NCBI GenBank assembly: GCA_002633005.1
Contig: NMRA01000049.1
Location: 590,881 to 654,880 of the forward strand
Origin: Phoronis australis
Taxonomy: Eukaryota > Animalia > Phoronida
DNA length: 64,000 nucleotides
Direction: 5' to 3'
The notes below the pieces were generated by a model, which had not been told where the DNA came from, made no database searches, and saw only the letters and a program-made list of their open reading frames with translations. The position numbers and the translations under genes are program-made. Of the stretch, positions 49,901 through 62,400 are shown one piece after another; positions within the stretch are counted from its first letter, which is position 1; every line of letters begins with the position of its first letter.

Positions 49901-52900
49901 CCCTTTTCTTCCGTCTATGTCCACTTACAGAGCAAAGTACATCCCAGAAACAGTATTTACATTGTTATTTAGCCATCGATACAAAGAAATTTTTTCATTT
50001 AAAATCTTGATGACATAACAACCTCAAGCTATTACAGTCAGCGATCACCCCAGCATCGGTTGGCTAGCAAAACTAGTAATTTCAGAAAATAATAGTTTCT
50101 ATGCCTAAAAAGTCAATAACATTCGCGTACAGATGGTATAAATGTATTCACAAGGACTGTTTTTGCTATTTACTAGCTATTTGAAGAGAAATGGCGTCTC
50201 CATAAAGCGCAATGTAAGCACCGACTTGTTTACTTAAACAAGTTCTCTACTCCGCCAGTGCGCATGCGCTGCACACGCTTAACTTGAAAACGTGGACTCG
50301 TGCATGAGATATTGTGACTTAATTCAGGAAGCACCGTTGGGACTGATCACCTGGGACCGGATATTTGTGGCCTGTAGTGGCAATTTAATTTTGTTTGTAA
50401 TGCATTATATCTTTTCGCGAGGTCAACATGTTTCCCTATGCCACCCTAAGCGAAGAACGAGTACCATTAAACTGTTGAGAAGTCTACAAGCGATGTTGAT
50501 TTTCGAGTGAGCTCGGCTACTCTGGCGCCACCTGTAGCCTTGAAGGATTTTATGAAAAATTTCAAGTGTTTTATTGTGAATATGGCAACAAATGGCGGCG
50601 ACTTATCGCTGTTCCCCTAGTGACAATTTTATTTTTTAACGTTTACCTCTCTTTCTTAAGACTTTCTTGACAGATTGTTATGAAATTTGGCTACTAGGTT
50701 GCTGTTAAAGATAAAATGACAAGTGACGCTGAATTTTGGACTGTTTTGAATCCACAGCAATATCTCCTAAGCCCCTTGCAATATCTATTGTTTAATATGA
50801 GAAGTGTATTCATATGAATGAGGCAATTTAACAGATGAAAACTTCTTTCGGACGGAACTGTCTACCGATGTGTCTCATTGTGGCAATTCTATTTTTACGT
50901 TGACTTAGTGTATTTTCCGAGTTCCTGGACGGATTATTACGAAATTTGGAAAATAGGTTTCTGTTAAGAAGACAAAAAGGGTGACCCATTTTTGGACAGG
51001 CTCAACATATTCTATGCCACCTGTTGTCTATTTGTGACACTGATAAACACCTCCAGAAACATACAGTTTGCGATATAGCCGTGACCGAATTTCAAAGCTT
51101 TGTGTTGTTCTTGTTGATTATTGTATAGTTATGTATGATTTTGATCTTATTGAATTTGGCTAATGTGTTGCTGTTCTCAAAATTCAAAATTCCAAGTTGT
51201 CCAGTTAGCTTAAAATCCGCGTTAGTAAACATCCCCAGTACGGCATTGGTGAACAACTTAGACTCACTCCTTTGATCTAGGCTGGACACGAGGACGAGAC
51301 AGGACGCTTCAACGCGGTGTTCTCGCGTAGCCGGCTCGATCAGTAAGTATCTGTAGGTCCAACCTTTGGTATGTAGCACAACTTGCTAGGGTGTCAGGTT
51401 CATTTGTTTTTTAAAAAGTATTTATCATGCTATTTGTGCCATATATCAGTTTTCCAACGTATGTCCAATGTATGAATAGCTTAAAATAACCACCTTTTCA
51501 TATTTTCTACTGCTTAGCCTACTTGTATTGTATTTTCTCACATGGAATGTGTTACGATACGACTGATTAAAATAACACCGAGTACTTATTTTTTGATATT
51601 ACATGGGCGAATCAAAAGTAGTGCAAAGTAGAAATCCACACGTCTTACGTTTTATCGTCTGCAAAACACTAAAACAACTAAACGCGCTCCAACCAAACAA
51701 TGCCGGAATTCCGAGTAGGTGACAAGGTTATGATTGGCAGACAGGGTGTCGCAACTATACGTACTCTCAGTCCGAAAGACATGCAAACATTTTCTTAAAT
51801 AGACCCATCTTCGGCGGCGAATTCCATATCCACGTTCATTCAAACGGAAGCGGGCCCCAACTCAAGAAACACGATGAGACTGTCTGGCAGTGCTGTCTCA
51901 CTGTCAATTCAGTGCTCACGCGCGGGGAAGCCTTGCTGACTGTTATTTAAAGATATTTTTTATTACTACAACTTCAAAGCTTATTTATTAGATTCTAACT
52001 TGAATATTTGCTACGAAAGCTGAATGGAATTTACAATTGTCAAGCTTAAAACAAACCTATTAACAAAAAGTAACTGAACTACATGTACTTTACATTGCGA
52101 AACGTGTTTTTACAAAAGTTGTGTCGTGTGCTTGAAAGTTTTAGACACGTGAAGTTTTTTTAGCAAAATAGATCGTTTTTACAGTTCATGTGAGAAAACA
52201 AATCCTACACTCGTCTCAGATTAATGACATTGGCAAACAATCTTGGAAATTTCGTCAAAAGTCGTCTGCAAGCCTCAGGATTTTGACAAAATTTCCAAGA
52301 GGTTTTGCCCATGTCACATAAACCTGAGACTAGTGTAGAATTCTCTATGTATTGTATTGCATAGTGAACATCAGTCTAGCTGTATTTTTACTGCATTATA
52401 CTAATTGTCTCAAAAATTAATAAACGTATTATCTCACTCTCTTAACCCGTGAACCTGTCAAAGGGGTCAATTTCATGTTTCTTGTGTGGCCAAATGTAGT
52501 TTTAGGCATTTAATATTAGACAATTTCCTGTATTTTAAGTTGCACGTTGTTTTCTAACAATCAGATTCTTATGATCACCTAATATGATATTATTAATTAA
52601 ACGTTACATTGTGTGCTGCCTGTGTTACTCGGGAGATCTTCAGCTCTCCAACTCTCCTGATATCCACTCCAAATAATGGAAGCACCAGTGACGTCATATC
52701 CCCTGGCGCCGATTTCGGCAACTGAACGAAGGACGGTCTATTCGAAAAAAAATGATTGCGGGTTGATTTGTTAGAGCTGGAAAGATTTAAAGACATCACA
52801 GGCCTCTAAAAGTGTCCCTCTATGCACAAAAGGAAACTGTAGCAACAAGACTTTGATGGTTTAATCAGTGCGAGGCATAATTCGCCGAAAAACGTCGGCG

Positions 52901-55900
52901 TGTGGACGACGGCCTATGGGGTGGCTACCGTCTATACTGGAGCCAGTTGAGACGGTGGTACTGTCTGCCACTCTATCAGTCGCAGCATCGAATTTTTCTT
53001 CGCTGTGGGAAATGTATGGATATTTAAGAGGGTTGCCTTTTTCCGTTAGCCACACCACACCTCTGTGAAAAGTTGTCGGTATTATGATAACAGAAAAGGT
53101 GTTAGAACGCTGTTTGTACAAAGGAGTTGAAACATCCCGTCCACATTACATGGGATGTGTAGGTGAGCGCTGAACTCCTCAGACCACAAAAGACCTCGTC
53201 GCCTTCAGGTGACACTGAATTTCCACATGGCGCGGCTATTTAAAAAATCAGCTAGTGTAGTTCTATTCCATTCCCAATGTGCAGAATTTGATTTTGATTA
53301 AGTTTCATGGAAATATGCAAGTTAAAAAATACGGACTGGAGAATGTGAACAACGTTAACCATAAAATCCCGCAAGTGAATTGGCCAAGCATGCGAACCCC
53401 AACTAAAATACAAAAGTTGTATCACCCGAGGATGCACGAGCGTGAACAAGAAGTTTTCAAGGATTATGATTGCGACTTTTTATGTGTAACCATCAGGCGA
53501 CCTTTTCGCCCGCTAATATATTTATTCTCTGCATTTTCAGACTCGTTTTTTGCTCTCTTTTTTGTGTTTAGGATGGATGTTTTGTCGTAGTTACATAAAA
53601 AGTGTTGCAGTGGACCGTGCTTTCCATTCTGGTGTACACAAGTGACAAGTGTTGTTTTCCGTTATGTCGTTTACACGTCACTAGGGTTGATGAATTTCCC
53701 CGAATTACACACAAAGCATCGTAGATTGAAAGATATTCACGTAAATAGGAAGATTCGCAGCTGCTAACCTGATTATTCTAGCTTGACTTTTGTGATTTCG
53801 ACTTTGATTATTCAGCTTTGTGCTAGATCTTATTAAAATATCTTTTTACAGCTACCTGATTCCAGAGGACAAGTCAAAGTTCTTCTCTAATGGTCAGAGA
53901 AGTCGAATTGTGTATGAGGTGTTGGCCAGAGCATATTATAAAAAACCTAACGGTAATGCATAAACATTTTCTTTCTTTCATTTGTAACTGCGGATATGTC
54001 TACATGGCGGTCTTTACCCGACGTTATTATATTTGGGCTCGTCCTGAACACATCGGATAGCCTCAAATTTTCCTCTGAGCATTCGGAATACCTCAAGTGT
54101 TTCCTTATCCACAATTTTACTCCCAGAGGTGTTTCTTGACTGTACATGTTTGTTTCTCAGTCACGTAAATTTCAGAATGGAAAACGACCAGTTTTATCTG
54201 CAGTGAGGTAAGGCAACCGTTTAGAACAAAAGAAAAAAACAACAACAAGGAAATAAGAAGAACTTTTACTCAGTGCTGCGTTCCGTGGAAGACTCAGCTT
54301 GTCAAGATCACGTAGAAATGATCACGTGAATGAAACGCGAGTGTTTCGCAAGTGATCTCTTGACCTTATTCGCGCACACTAAAACAATGGTAATCTTCTG
54401 AAGTGAATTTTCTCGCTGCAAGTGCCTCTCGAGTGTCTTACGCTTACAGAACGCCAAATGATGTTAGAGAGGTGATAAAACCTTAGCTAAGTAGGACTAA
54501 CGTGTACTTTATGATATTATTATTTCTCGACCAAGTTCCAACGATTAGAAGTGTTGAGGCTACGAAAATACCCGAGGTGTTACCACTGAGTTAATTCTTA
54601 AATTTGGTTTTTATTTCCGCTTTGACATCTTATTGTGTTTGACTTTCTGGTGTTTTATTTCAGGATTAGAAGACGATGGAAAAATTGGTAATTATTATCT
54701 GAACGTATCTTGCACACATGTACTGTGGCCAGAAAGCGTGATGTCAATAGTTTCAATTCAGTGTAGTGGAAATGTGGATAATTTTATTAAAAGCGGAGTG
54801 CGCGTTAGTTAATTCACCATAATATCCCAACCAGGGCTACGTTCCTGTTGTTGGTTTTGCGAGCTAGGTGGCATCACGCAAGTCTTCGCGAGACATGGCA
54901 ACATATATTTCAAGCCAGTCGTGTGATCACGCTAGCCTGCACTCGTGTTAGTCTTGCTGACCATTGATGGATTTGAATAAGAGAAATTTGTGACGATCAA
55001 CACATGAATCAATGAATTACACCCATGCGAGCTTGTCTCCAAAGAGTTTCATTAGATGCATTTTAACCAGAACTAGCTTTATTTCTGCTGATGTGATGTC
55101 TAGTATTACTTTGTTCTTAAGGAATCACGAGGTTACTCAAGAACCAAACGTACACAGCAGCGTTTCCCCTTCACGACGGGCCGTATCACACCACAGGCAA
55201 AGGTTTAGAGAACAACGAAAGATATGTAAGTTATATTGCCTTTTTCAAGTTCAGATATTTTGCATACATTTGATTCTTTTGTCAAGTTAAGATCTTCCAA
55301 ATTAAACGGTGCTATAATGTCGCGTTCCATAAAAGAATTAAACTATTGAGCTTAGATCACTTACCGCTTAAAACTGGTCGCAACTTATTCATTGCTAGAA
55401 TGAAATGGCTTTGGGGTTTAGAAAGAACTACGAATTCTTCATGTCTTGAGACCATGCTTGGTGAGTAAAACAACTCGACGCAACATGGCAAATTTTTGGG
55501 TTTCGTCTCAAGCCATATCCAAATGTCCAGTCTCTTAAAGCCCAGAATTCATCTAACCATCTAGTAAAGAACACGTTGAGAGCAATTTCAGAAGTTTAAT
55601 TGGTCGAAATAAAAAAGTCTAGGCTACCTTTTTGAGGGAAAAGGGTTTATAGCCACTTTAAATGAAACCTGTCTTTTAAATTCCAGACTTTATACACAAA
55701 TTGGGTGCTATTGAAAAATGTAGCCAAGCCTCAGCCTCTGCACCTTGTGAGGTGAGCTTCCATATTAATTTTAATTGTATTAGATAAAAAACAATACACG
55801 CGCATTTCAGTGTTCGGATGTCAAATCATAAATGAACACGACCTACGCGAATGCACGCGAATGTCTACACAACAACCAGGCCTGCGTTCCGCAGCTACAA

Positions 55901-58900
55901 GACGTCCCTGACCACGTGCTTTTCTGACGACTTCGTACAAGAACTTTGTCATGAAATATGTATTAGAGTACTAGAAATTATTAACACCAATTGTACTTGG
56001 CACGCGCACCAGTTTATGCAAATCCATACGCAACCACAAAGAATTTGCGCTAGTAAGCAAACATAGGGGACTATGTCGTCAATCGAAATTCGTATTTGCA
56101 AGTACGATCAGTGAAATCTTCATGAGTAATAAGTCGACCACTGAACATATGCCAACGCTTCTATCTATTTTGAGCAATATAATATCACGTCTTAGGTGTA
56201 AAATTTTACAGATTTTTGCTCACGACGACTTCGTACTACTAATGGCGAATTCAAATGCGCAATGCAGGTCCCCACACCGTGAACATGTCAGAGCCGAACT
56301 GATAAGCAAAAGAACTTGACCCAAGCATTGTCTCAGTCGCTTCTGTGGCTCGAAAACAATTGCTCCACAAAGGCAGCGAAATCCAAGCCTTCTGCATTGT
56401 CGAGTGATAATCTATAAGTATGCACAAAGTTAAAGGGATTAAACTTTTAATCATATTTTTGTTTCAGGAGATACTTTGGTGAAAAAGTGGGCATCTATTT
56501 CGCGTGGGCAGAGTATTACACAATGGCCCTCGTGCCAGCATCCTTCGCTGGTATAATGACTTTTATGATTGGTGTCGTGTTGGTATTCTTCGATGAATCA
56601 GTGTAGGTATAAATCCATTGCTGTCTGATCGAGGGATGTGTGTTAGACTAGCTCTGCATCAAAAACGTATGAAGATTTGCTTTGTATCAAAAAATGTAAG
56701 CGCAAGGCCAGTACACACCATGGTAACGCTGCAGAGCCTTCATGGGGGGAGGGGGGAGAGTACTCCCCCTGCAACCGTTTCAAATCCCTATACTGTGCGA
56801 GTTCGTGCAATCAATACAGAATGACAGCTCATGTATTGAGTTGGAGGATTTTCAGCTTCATGCAAACGTTTAGTGCTCACCGCAAGTGTTTTGCGTGTAA
56901 CTTGCATTGCGGAACACTGTGCAGACTTTTCCAGTTGACTGACAACCACATGGCTGTGGGTGCATAAAATGTTTACCTCCTTATCAATTCTAATCAAACC
57001 AATGTAAAATGTAAGAAACCTTGCATAGCACCAAGTGATCTGATTGAAAGCTTAGGGAATGTCCCGTCGATGACGTTTCAGCAACTCCGTCTGCCAGCCG
57101 GAAAGGAAGACCTACATCGGTAGCTTGGTGATGTGTCCATCATGTGACGTCAGCTGTGACTTTTGGCATCTTGGCGAGAGCTGCATGTACAGCCAGTTGA
57201 CGTTTCTCTGCGACAATTTCTCAACATGCTTCTTTGCTATCTTCATGAGCCTCTGGGGTGAGTTGAAGTTGACGCAGACTTTGATTAAGGTAGAATGACA
57301 CCTGCATTTCCATTCAGTCTAAGTAATCCGACTAAGGTAGAGGAAACGTCGTCCACAATCGAGTAATAGATCTAAATATCGCAAACCAGTATTTGCTGAT
57401 CTTTCACAGAAACAACGTTCTTTGCCATCCTATTCACTGCAAAACTAAACAAAGAATGAAATACCCTTCAGCATACAAAAGTGTCACACTTACCTTACGT
57501 TACCACCGACTGTTTATTCCCAGTTTCGAAGCACTGTTTAAATTTCAACTAATACATTTTCATGGATCAAATTACAAGTCGGTGTGCCAGTGATATAAAG
57601 ACCGCGAAGCTGCTGCATTGTATGCAACTCTAGTTCAAGGGCGGATCCAGGATTTTGAATGGGGGGGCTGGGCACAGGAATAATCACACTTGCGCCACAT
57701 GCGTGCGCCCAGCCTAAATTTTAGTTATGCAGGAGTCTTGAATACTTGGGTTTGTGGACCTTATTACTAAAAAAGGGTAAACGGGGTTTGTTCAAGGCCT
57801 ATGCATTGTGCAGTCGCTCCCCCAAATGGTATCTGGGAGAATTTTAGGGGGAGGGGCATGGCCCCCTTCCCCCCTAAATCTGCCACTGTAGTTTACAAAA
57901 ACATTTATACCAGCTGAATGAGACGTTTTACACTTTTCATCTCTTCAACTTGGGGCCTCGCTAACCCAATACATTCAAATAGGCAATTTTGAGAGCTGCA
58001 ATAAAATCAGTGCAGTTACAAGTAGTATTAGGTTAATGATTAAAACAACGCATCGAGCTGGTGACGAGGGTAGTAATCCACGCACTCGTTACCACATTTC
58101 TGTATTTCAGCCACGTTCTTTCTTGAGCTTTGGAAACGGAAACAGGCGACGGTAGACTACCAGTGGGATATCGCTGACTTCGAGGCAGAAGAGGTCAGTT
58201 AGTGTCTATTTGCATAGCCGCCACCAGAATGTGCCGCCGCCGCCGCCGCCATGACGAGAGCGACGACGCCAACGACGACGACGGCCACCAACACCACCAA
58301 GACACCAACGACCTTCACTACCAAGACCACAACCTTCACCACCAACACGACCACGACCTTAACTATCACGACGACCATCACGGTGACGACGACCACGACT
58401 ACTAATACAACGACGACGACGACCGCCACAACAACCAAATGCACCACTCTTTTTAAACGCTTTTTAAAACCTTTAAAGGCAGAGTACGTAAATTTGGTTC
58501 CTAATGAATGTTCTGAGCATCATCTGAGCACACTAATGCCATAAATCGCAGAAGTAAGGGAAAGGCTAGACTTAAGTCTTGTCTACCACTTTGCATGCTT
58601 CTTTTCGTCACTGCCTTGGTTGCGTGATCAGCAATTATAATTGCACGAGAGAAAATGGTTTAACATTCAATTTCTCTGTCCTCATTCTCCGTTTTGTTAG
58701 AGTACATGTAGTTACTCAACAACTGTCGTGTTTTCTAAGGAGAGCTTCAGGCCTGAATTCGAGGCCATTGTCCGCCACAGAAGAATAAACATGGTCACGA
58801 GAGAGTTGGAGCCATTCGTTCCCCTGTCCGAAAAAGTCCCCAAGTTTGTGACCTCCTGCATAACGGTGTTTCTTTTGGTAAGTATCTTTGGTGTATGTCG

Positions 58901-59463
58901 CAGAATGGGGTGATTTGAAGCCCTGGACTTATCTGTGCTTTAAAATGACGTTGAACGGCTTCCAGGATATAGTTTGCATTATTGTTTCAATCTGCTCAGA
59001 TATTGATACAGGAGCTAAGCACGTTTTCAAATCGTTGGATCGTGTTCTTCGTTTGGAAGTTTATGGGTAACTTCATACCACTAACTTGAGAGGTTTTCTT
59101 TCACATTTCCGAAGCAACAAAAACCTAACTCAGCTTTAAACAAGAATCGAAGAGATCCAAATCCAATCTTAAGCACTCAGAACATTCTTTTTACATGACC
59201 ATAAATCTGACAAGACGTGAATCACATTTGTTGCGATGTGTAAACATTGCAGTGCTTTGGTCGTCTCCTTTACATACCACCACCTCAATCCATTCCAGGT
59301 GGTTATCGTGATCGGAACCATTATGGGAGTGATTGTCTATCGGGCGATTATCTCAATGCTATTGAACTCGAGCAAGGAAAACGAAGTCGTTCGCATGGCA
59401 GGACTCATTAACTCTGTCACAGCAGGCATTTTATCCCTCCTGGCCATCAGTATCTTGAACGTG
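46857..59463 (+). CDS. Anoctamin/TMEM16 family gene 2 (tandem paralog; N-terminal domain to TM4; 3' part not seen)
   Basis: Phase-consistent exons: [107 protein letters not shown]. Confidence 0.93.
51281..51342 (+). CDS. Anoctamin gene 2 exon ([20 protein letters not shown]), 62 nt
   Basis: ctag acceptor, gtaagt donor; phase 0-2 bridges the neighbouring exons; F.A.F.R motif. Confidence 0.7.
53852..53952 (+). CDS. Anoctamin gene 2 exon ([33 protein letters not shown]), 101 nt
   Basis: tttttacag acceptor, gtaatg donor. Confidence 0.88.
54664..54687 (+). CDS. Anoctamin gene 2 candidate microexon (GLEDDGKI), 24 nt
   Basis: Long pyrimidine tract + cag, gtaatt donor, phase 1-1. Confidence 0.6.
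55122..55225 (+). CDS. Anoctamin gene 2 exon ([22 protein letters not shown]...NERY), 104 nt
   Basis: taag acceptor, gtaagt donor. Confidence 0.9.
55687..55751 (+). CDS. Anoctamin gene 2 exon ([22 protein letters not shown]), 65 nt
   Basis: ttccag acceptor, gtgagc donor. Confidence 0.88.
56468..56602 (+). CDS. Anoctamin gene 2 exon ([18 protein letters not shown]...FDESV), TM1, 135 nt
   Basis: tttcag acceptor, gtaggt donor. Confidence 0.9.
57082..57257 (+). CDS. Anoctamin gene 2 exon (NSVCQP...MCPSCDVSC...MSLW), 176 nt
   Basis: tttcag acceptor, gtgagt donor; same length as 654-829. Confidence 0.92.
58111..58193 (+). CDS. Anoctamin gene 2 exon ([28 protein letters not shown]), 83 nt
   Basis: tttcag acceptor, gtcagt donor. 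Confidence 0.92.
58235..58445. repeat. Imperfect (GCC)/(ACG)/(ACC) trinucleotide microsatellite in an intron of gene 2
   Basis: Direct observation. Confidence 0.9.
58740..58877 (+). CDS. Anoctamin gene 2 exon ([15 protein letters not shown]...TVFLL), 138 nt
   Basis: ctaag acceptor, gtaagt donor. Confidence 0.92.
59299..59463 (+). CDS. Anoctamin gene 2 exon ([15 protein letters not shown]...SILNV), 165 nt
   Basis: ttccag acceptor, gtgaga donor. Confidence 0.9.
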
Positions 59464-62400
59464 GTGAGAGGTTCGGTGCTGCTTTAGTTCAGTGCTCAAT
59501 TTAAAGTCCGTTACGCACGAATCAATTTTTAACGCTGACAGTTTTGTCATCGACGCATCCCAGAGCAAAGACTTGTTCAATATTAGTCACATAGTCCAGA
59601 ATCCAGAAAGACGGCCGTCATCAACTAGTTACGTTGGTATATAATTGATTTTGTGCCCTGAGCTGATAACGTAAATTTTCGCCTTCTCGAGTACAACTAA
59701 ATAAAACAAAATGCGGATTCAGTAAATAAAGCAAGTTCGTCAGATTAATTTTGAACCGACCAGCATACCATTTCTTAAAGATACCTTTCAATTCCGGTAC
59801 TTTTAAAAGTTACTCCACGAGAACGTCAAGCAAAAATTGGCAGCATGACGTAACAAAGATATTTGACATTTAATACACAAAACGTATCAACAGTGGCGTA
59901 GATGAAGTAATTTCTCACTAGACAACATTCCGCGTATCGACCGAGACTGAATCCCATAGGCTTTGAATGCTTACGTTTCTTTCATTTTTCGGCAGATTTT
60001 TTAAATACTTCACCCAGACTGTTCACATGGCTGATCACACCCTATATATGTACTTGTGCGTTATGTCACAAGTTTTCTCTAGTAAAAGAAACAAATTTAA
60101 ATGTAATGATTTATTGCTTGAAAAGAGATTAAGACGAAAAAAAAAACAGCAGTGATTGTACATTGAACTTGTATTATTTCCTGATTCTGAAAATAATTAA
60201 ATATCAATATTTCACAGGAATCGAGGAATTCGGCACCTGAGTTGCAGACGATATACTACTCAATAATTAAAACTGAGGCAGAAGTGTCGTATAATTAACT
60301 GTTTTCCACCAGATGTTATTTTCGATCTGAACTGCATGTTGAGTGCTTGATGATCAAACGGGCTAACGACGTTGAGTCGATATTAACCTACCTTCTGAAC
60401 TTTCCATTTCAGAGGGCACTGTTAAAGTAGTCCCGGGAGTACAATATGGAAAACAGTATCACATGGCCGTATTGTACTCGACTTATACAACGCGTATGGG
60501 ATGAAGCTTATTTGAACACCTGGGTGGAATTATTAACAACTGAAATGTTTTTAGTTTAAAAAGCTAGCACATTCTGTAAAATTGGCCCTCTTTCATTATG
60601 ATCGTTGATGACGACAATTTTAGTAAACTTTAGACAACTATCGCGAAATACCAGTAGAAGAAAATTACTCAACATTTCTACTAATAATGCGACACCAATT
60701 TCAAAATTCGTGAAAAGTCATGTTCCCAGGTTACTTCGTTTACCTGACTGATACATGTAGGTACTCTAGACGGTTGAAATCGGGAATATTTCCACGGTCA
60801 TACTCCATGTTTTCTGAAATGACCTCTGAAAGTATGTCTGCCATTCTAAAACGAGGCCAATGAAGACCACGCGCTTTCTCACCTCCGGGACAAAGGAATG
60901 TTCAATTGTTATGTAATCTCTCATCTGGGTTGGGTTTATTGCGGTGGCCGCCATTTAATTGAACGACTTCCGCAGTGTCGCTTCCGTACGAAAGCGACAC
61001 TAAGGAAGTTGTTCAATCTATTCATTAACGATAATTACGTGGCGGCCGCCAGATAATTATGTGGCGGCTGCCAGATGACAAAATATTTTTATTCACTTCA
61101 AAATGGCCCTATTGGGCTTCCGTAGTTATCGGATGGTGCGTGCCTCGACAATCTTTCGTGCAAAAGATTTGCTAGTCTATGTATAATTTATTCGATGCAT
61201 TTGAGGTTCGCTTTCAAACTCATTTATTTTTGTATAGATGTATTAAAAATGTTGCAGTGTACCCGTGCTTTCTAAACTGTTGCGCTGAAGTGAATAGTGT
61301 TGTTTTCCGGCACCTTAATTACACGTCAACAAGCTTGTAATGTTACCGGATGTTAACAAGTCGTATACCGTCCCACAATGCATTTGAAACACGACAGAAT
61401 CGCTGTAGACAAAACCCACCGATTGGGGATTGTATTAAAAATGGCAGTGTTTTGTGTATAAAACATCTATTTAGCCCTGTTGTTGCAACAGCCAAAAATC
61501 ACAAAAGCGTTTCTTAAGGTAGGTGGATACACAAAAAAAAATTAATTTTGACTGTTTTTTACATTTTTGTGTCATCCTAATCTTTAATTCTTGATGCACA
61601 GTATACTGAAGAAAAATAAAATCATTCTGAAAATCCAAAGTTGTTTTTTTAGCTATATTTGACCAAGCCTCAGTAAGTCATATGGCTTGAGTGCTCACCA
61701 GCTCAGTGATTGACAACTGGGGCGGAGCTTAATATACAAGGACACTGGCTCTACTCTAACCCTGTCAACAAGCATTGCGTAACCGGGCAATCGAGAGTGA
61801 TGTACCAGCTGATATTGGTGTTGTAGCAAGACCAAAAAGAAAACAATTCTATTTTTGACCATGTGAAAGTTGGTAGTGAAATGGTGAACTAGCTCCAGTT
61901 CCGAGCCTGAGCCTGTTTGTCTATCTGCACAANNNNNNNNNNNNNNNNNNNNNNNNNNNNNNNNNNNNNNNNNNNNNNNNNNNNNNNNNNNNNNNNNNNN
62001 NNNNNNNNNNNNNNNNNNNNNNNNNNNNNNNNNNNNNNNNNNNNNNNNNNNNNNNNNNNNNNNNNNNNNNNNNNNNNNNNNNNNNNNNNNNNNNNNNNNN
62101 NNNNNNNNNNNNNNNNNNNNNNNNNNNNNNNNNNNNNNNNNNNNNNNNNNNNNNNNNNNNNNNNNNNNNNNNNNNNNNNNNNNNNNNNNNNNNNNNNNNN
62201 NNNNNNNNNNNNNNNNNNNNNNNNNNNNNNNNNNNNNNNNNNNNNNNNNNNNNNNNNNNNNNNNNNNNNNNNNNNNNNNNNNNNNNNNNNNNNNNNNNNN
62301 NNNNNNNNNNNNNNNNNNNNNNNNNNNNNNNNNNNNNNNNNNNNNNNNNNNNNNNNNNNNNNNNNNNNNNNNNNNNNNNNNNNNNNNNNNNNNNNNNNNN

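Noticed and set aside
58199-58544. Mucin-like Thr-rich or His/Asp-rich ORFs
   Set aside because: Trinucleotide microsatellite immediately after the donor at 58193; the paralog exon length shows the exon ends there.
61238-61275. Next exon of gene 2 (VY..VA.. equivalent)
   Set aside because: Contains an in-frame TAA and matches a dispersed repeat also present at ~53595; the true exon is probably in the gap or beyond the window.
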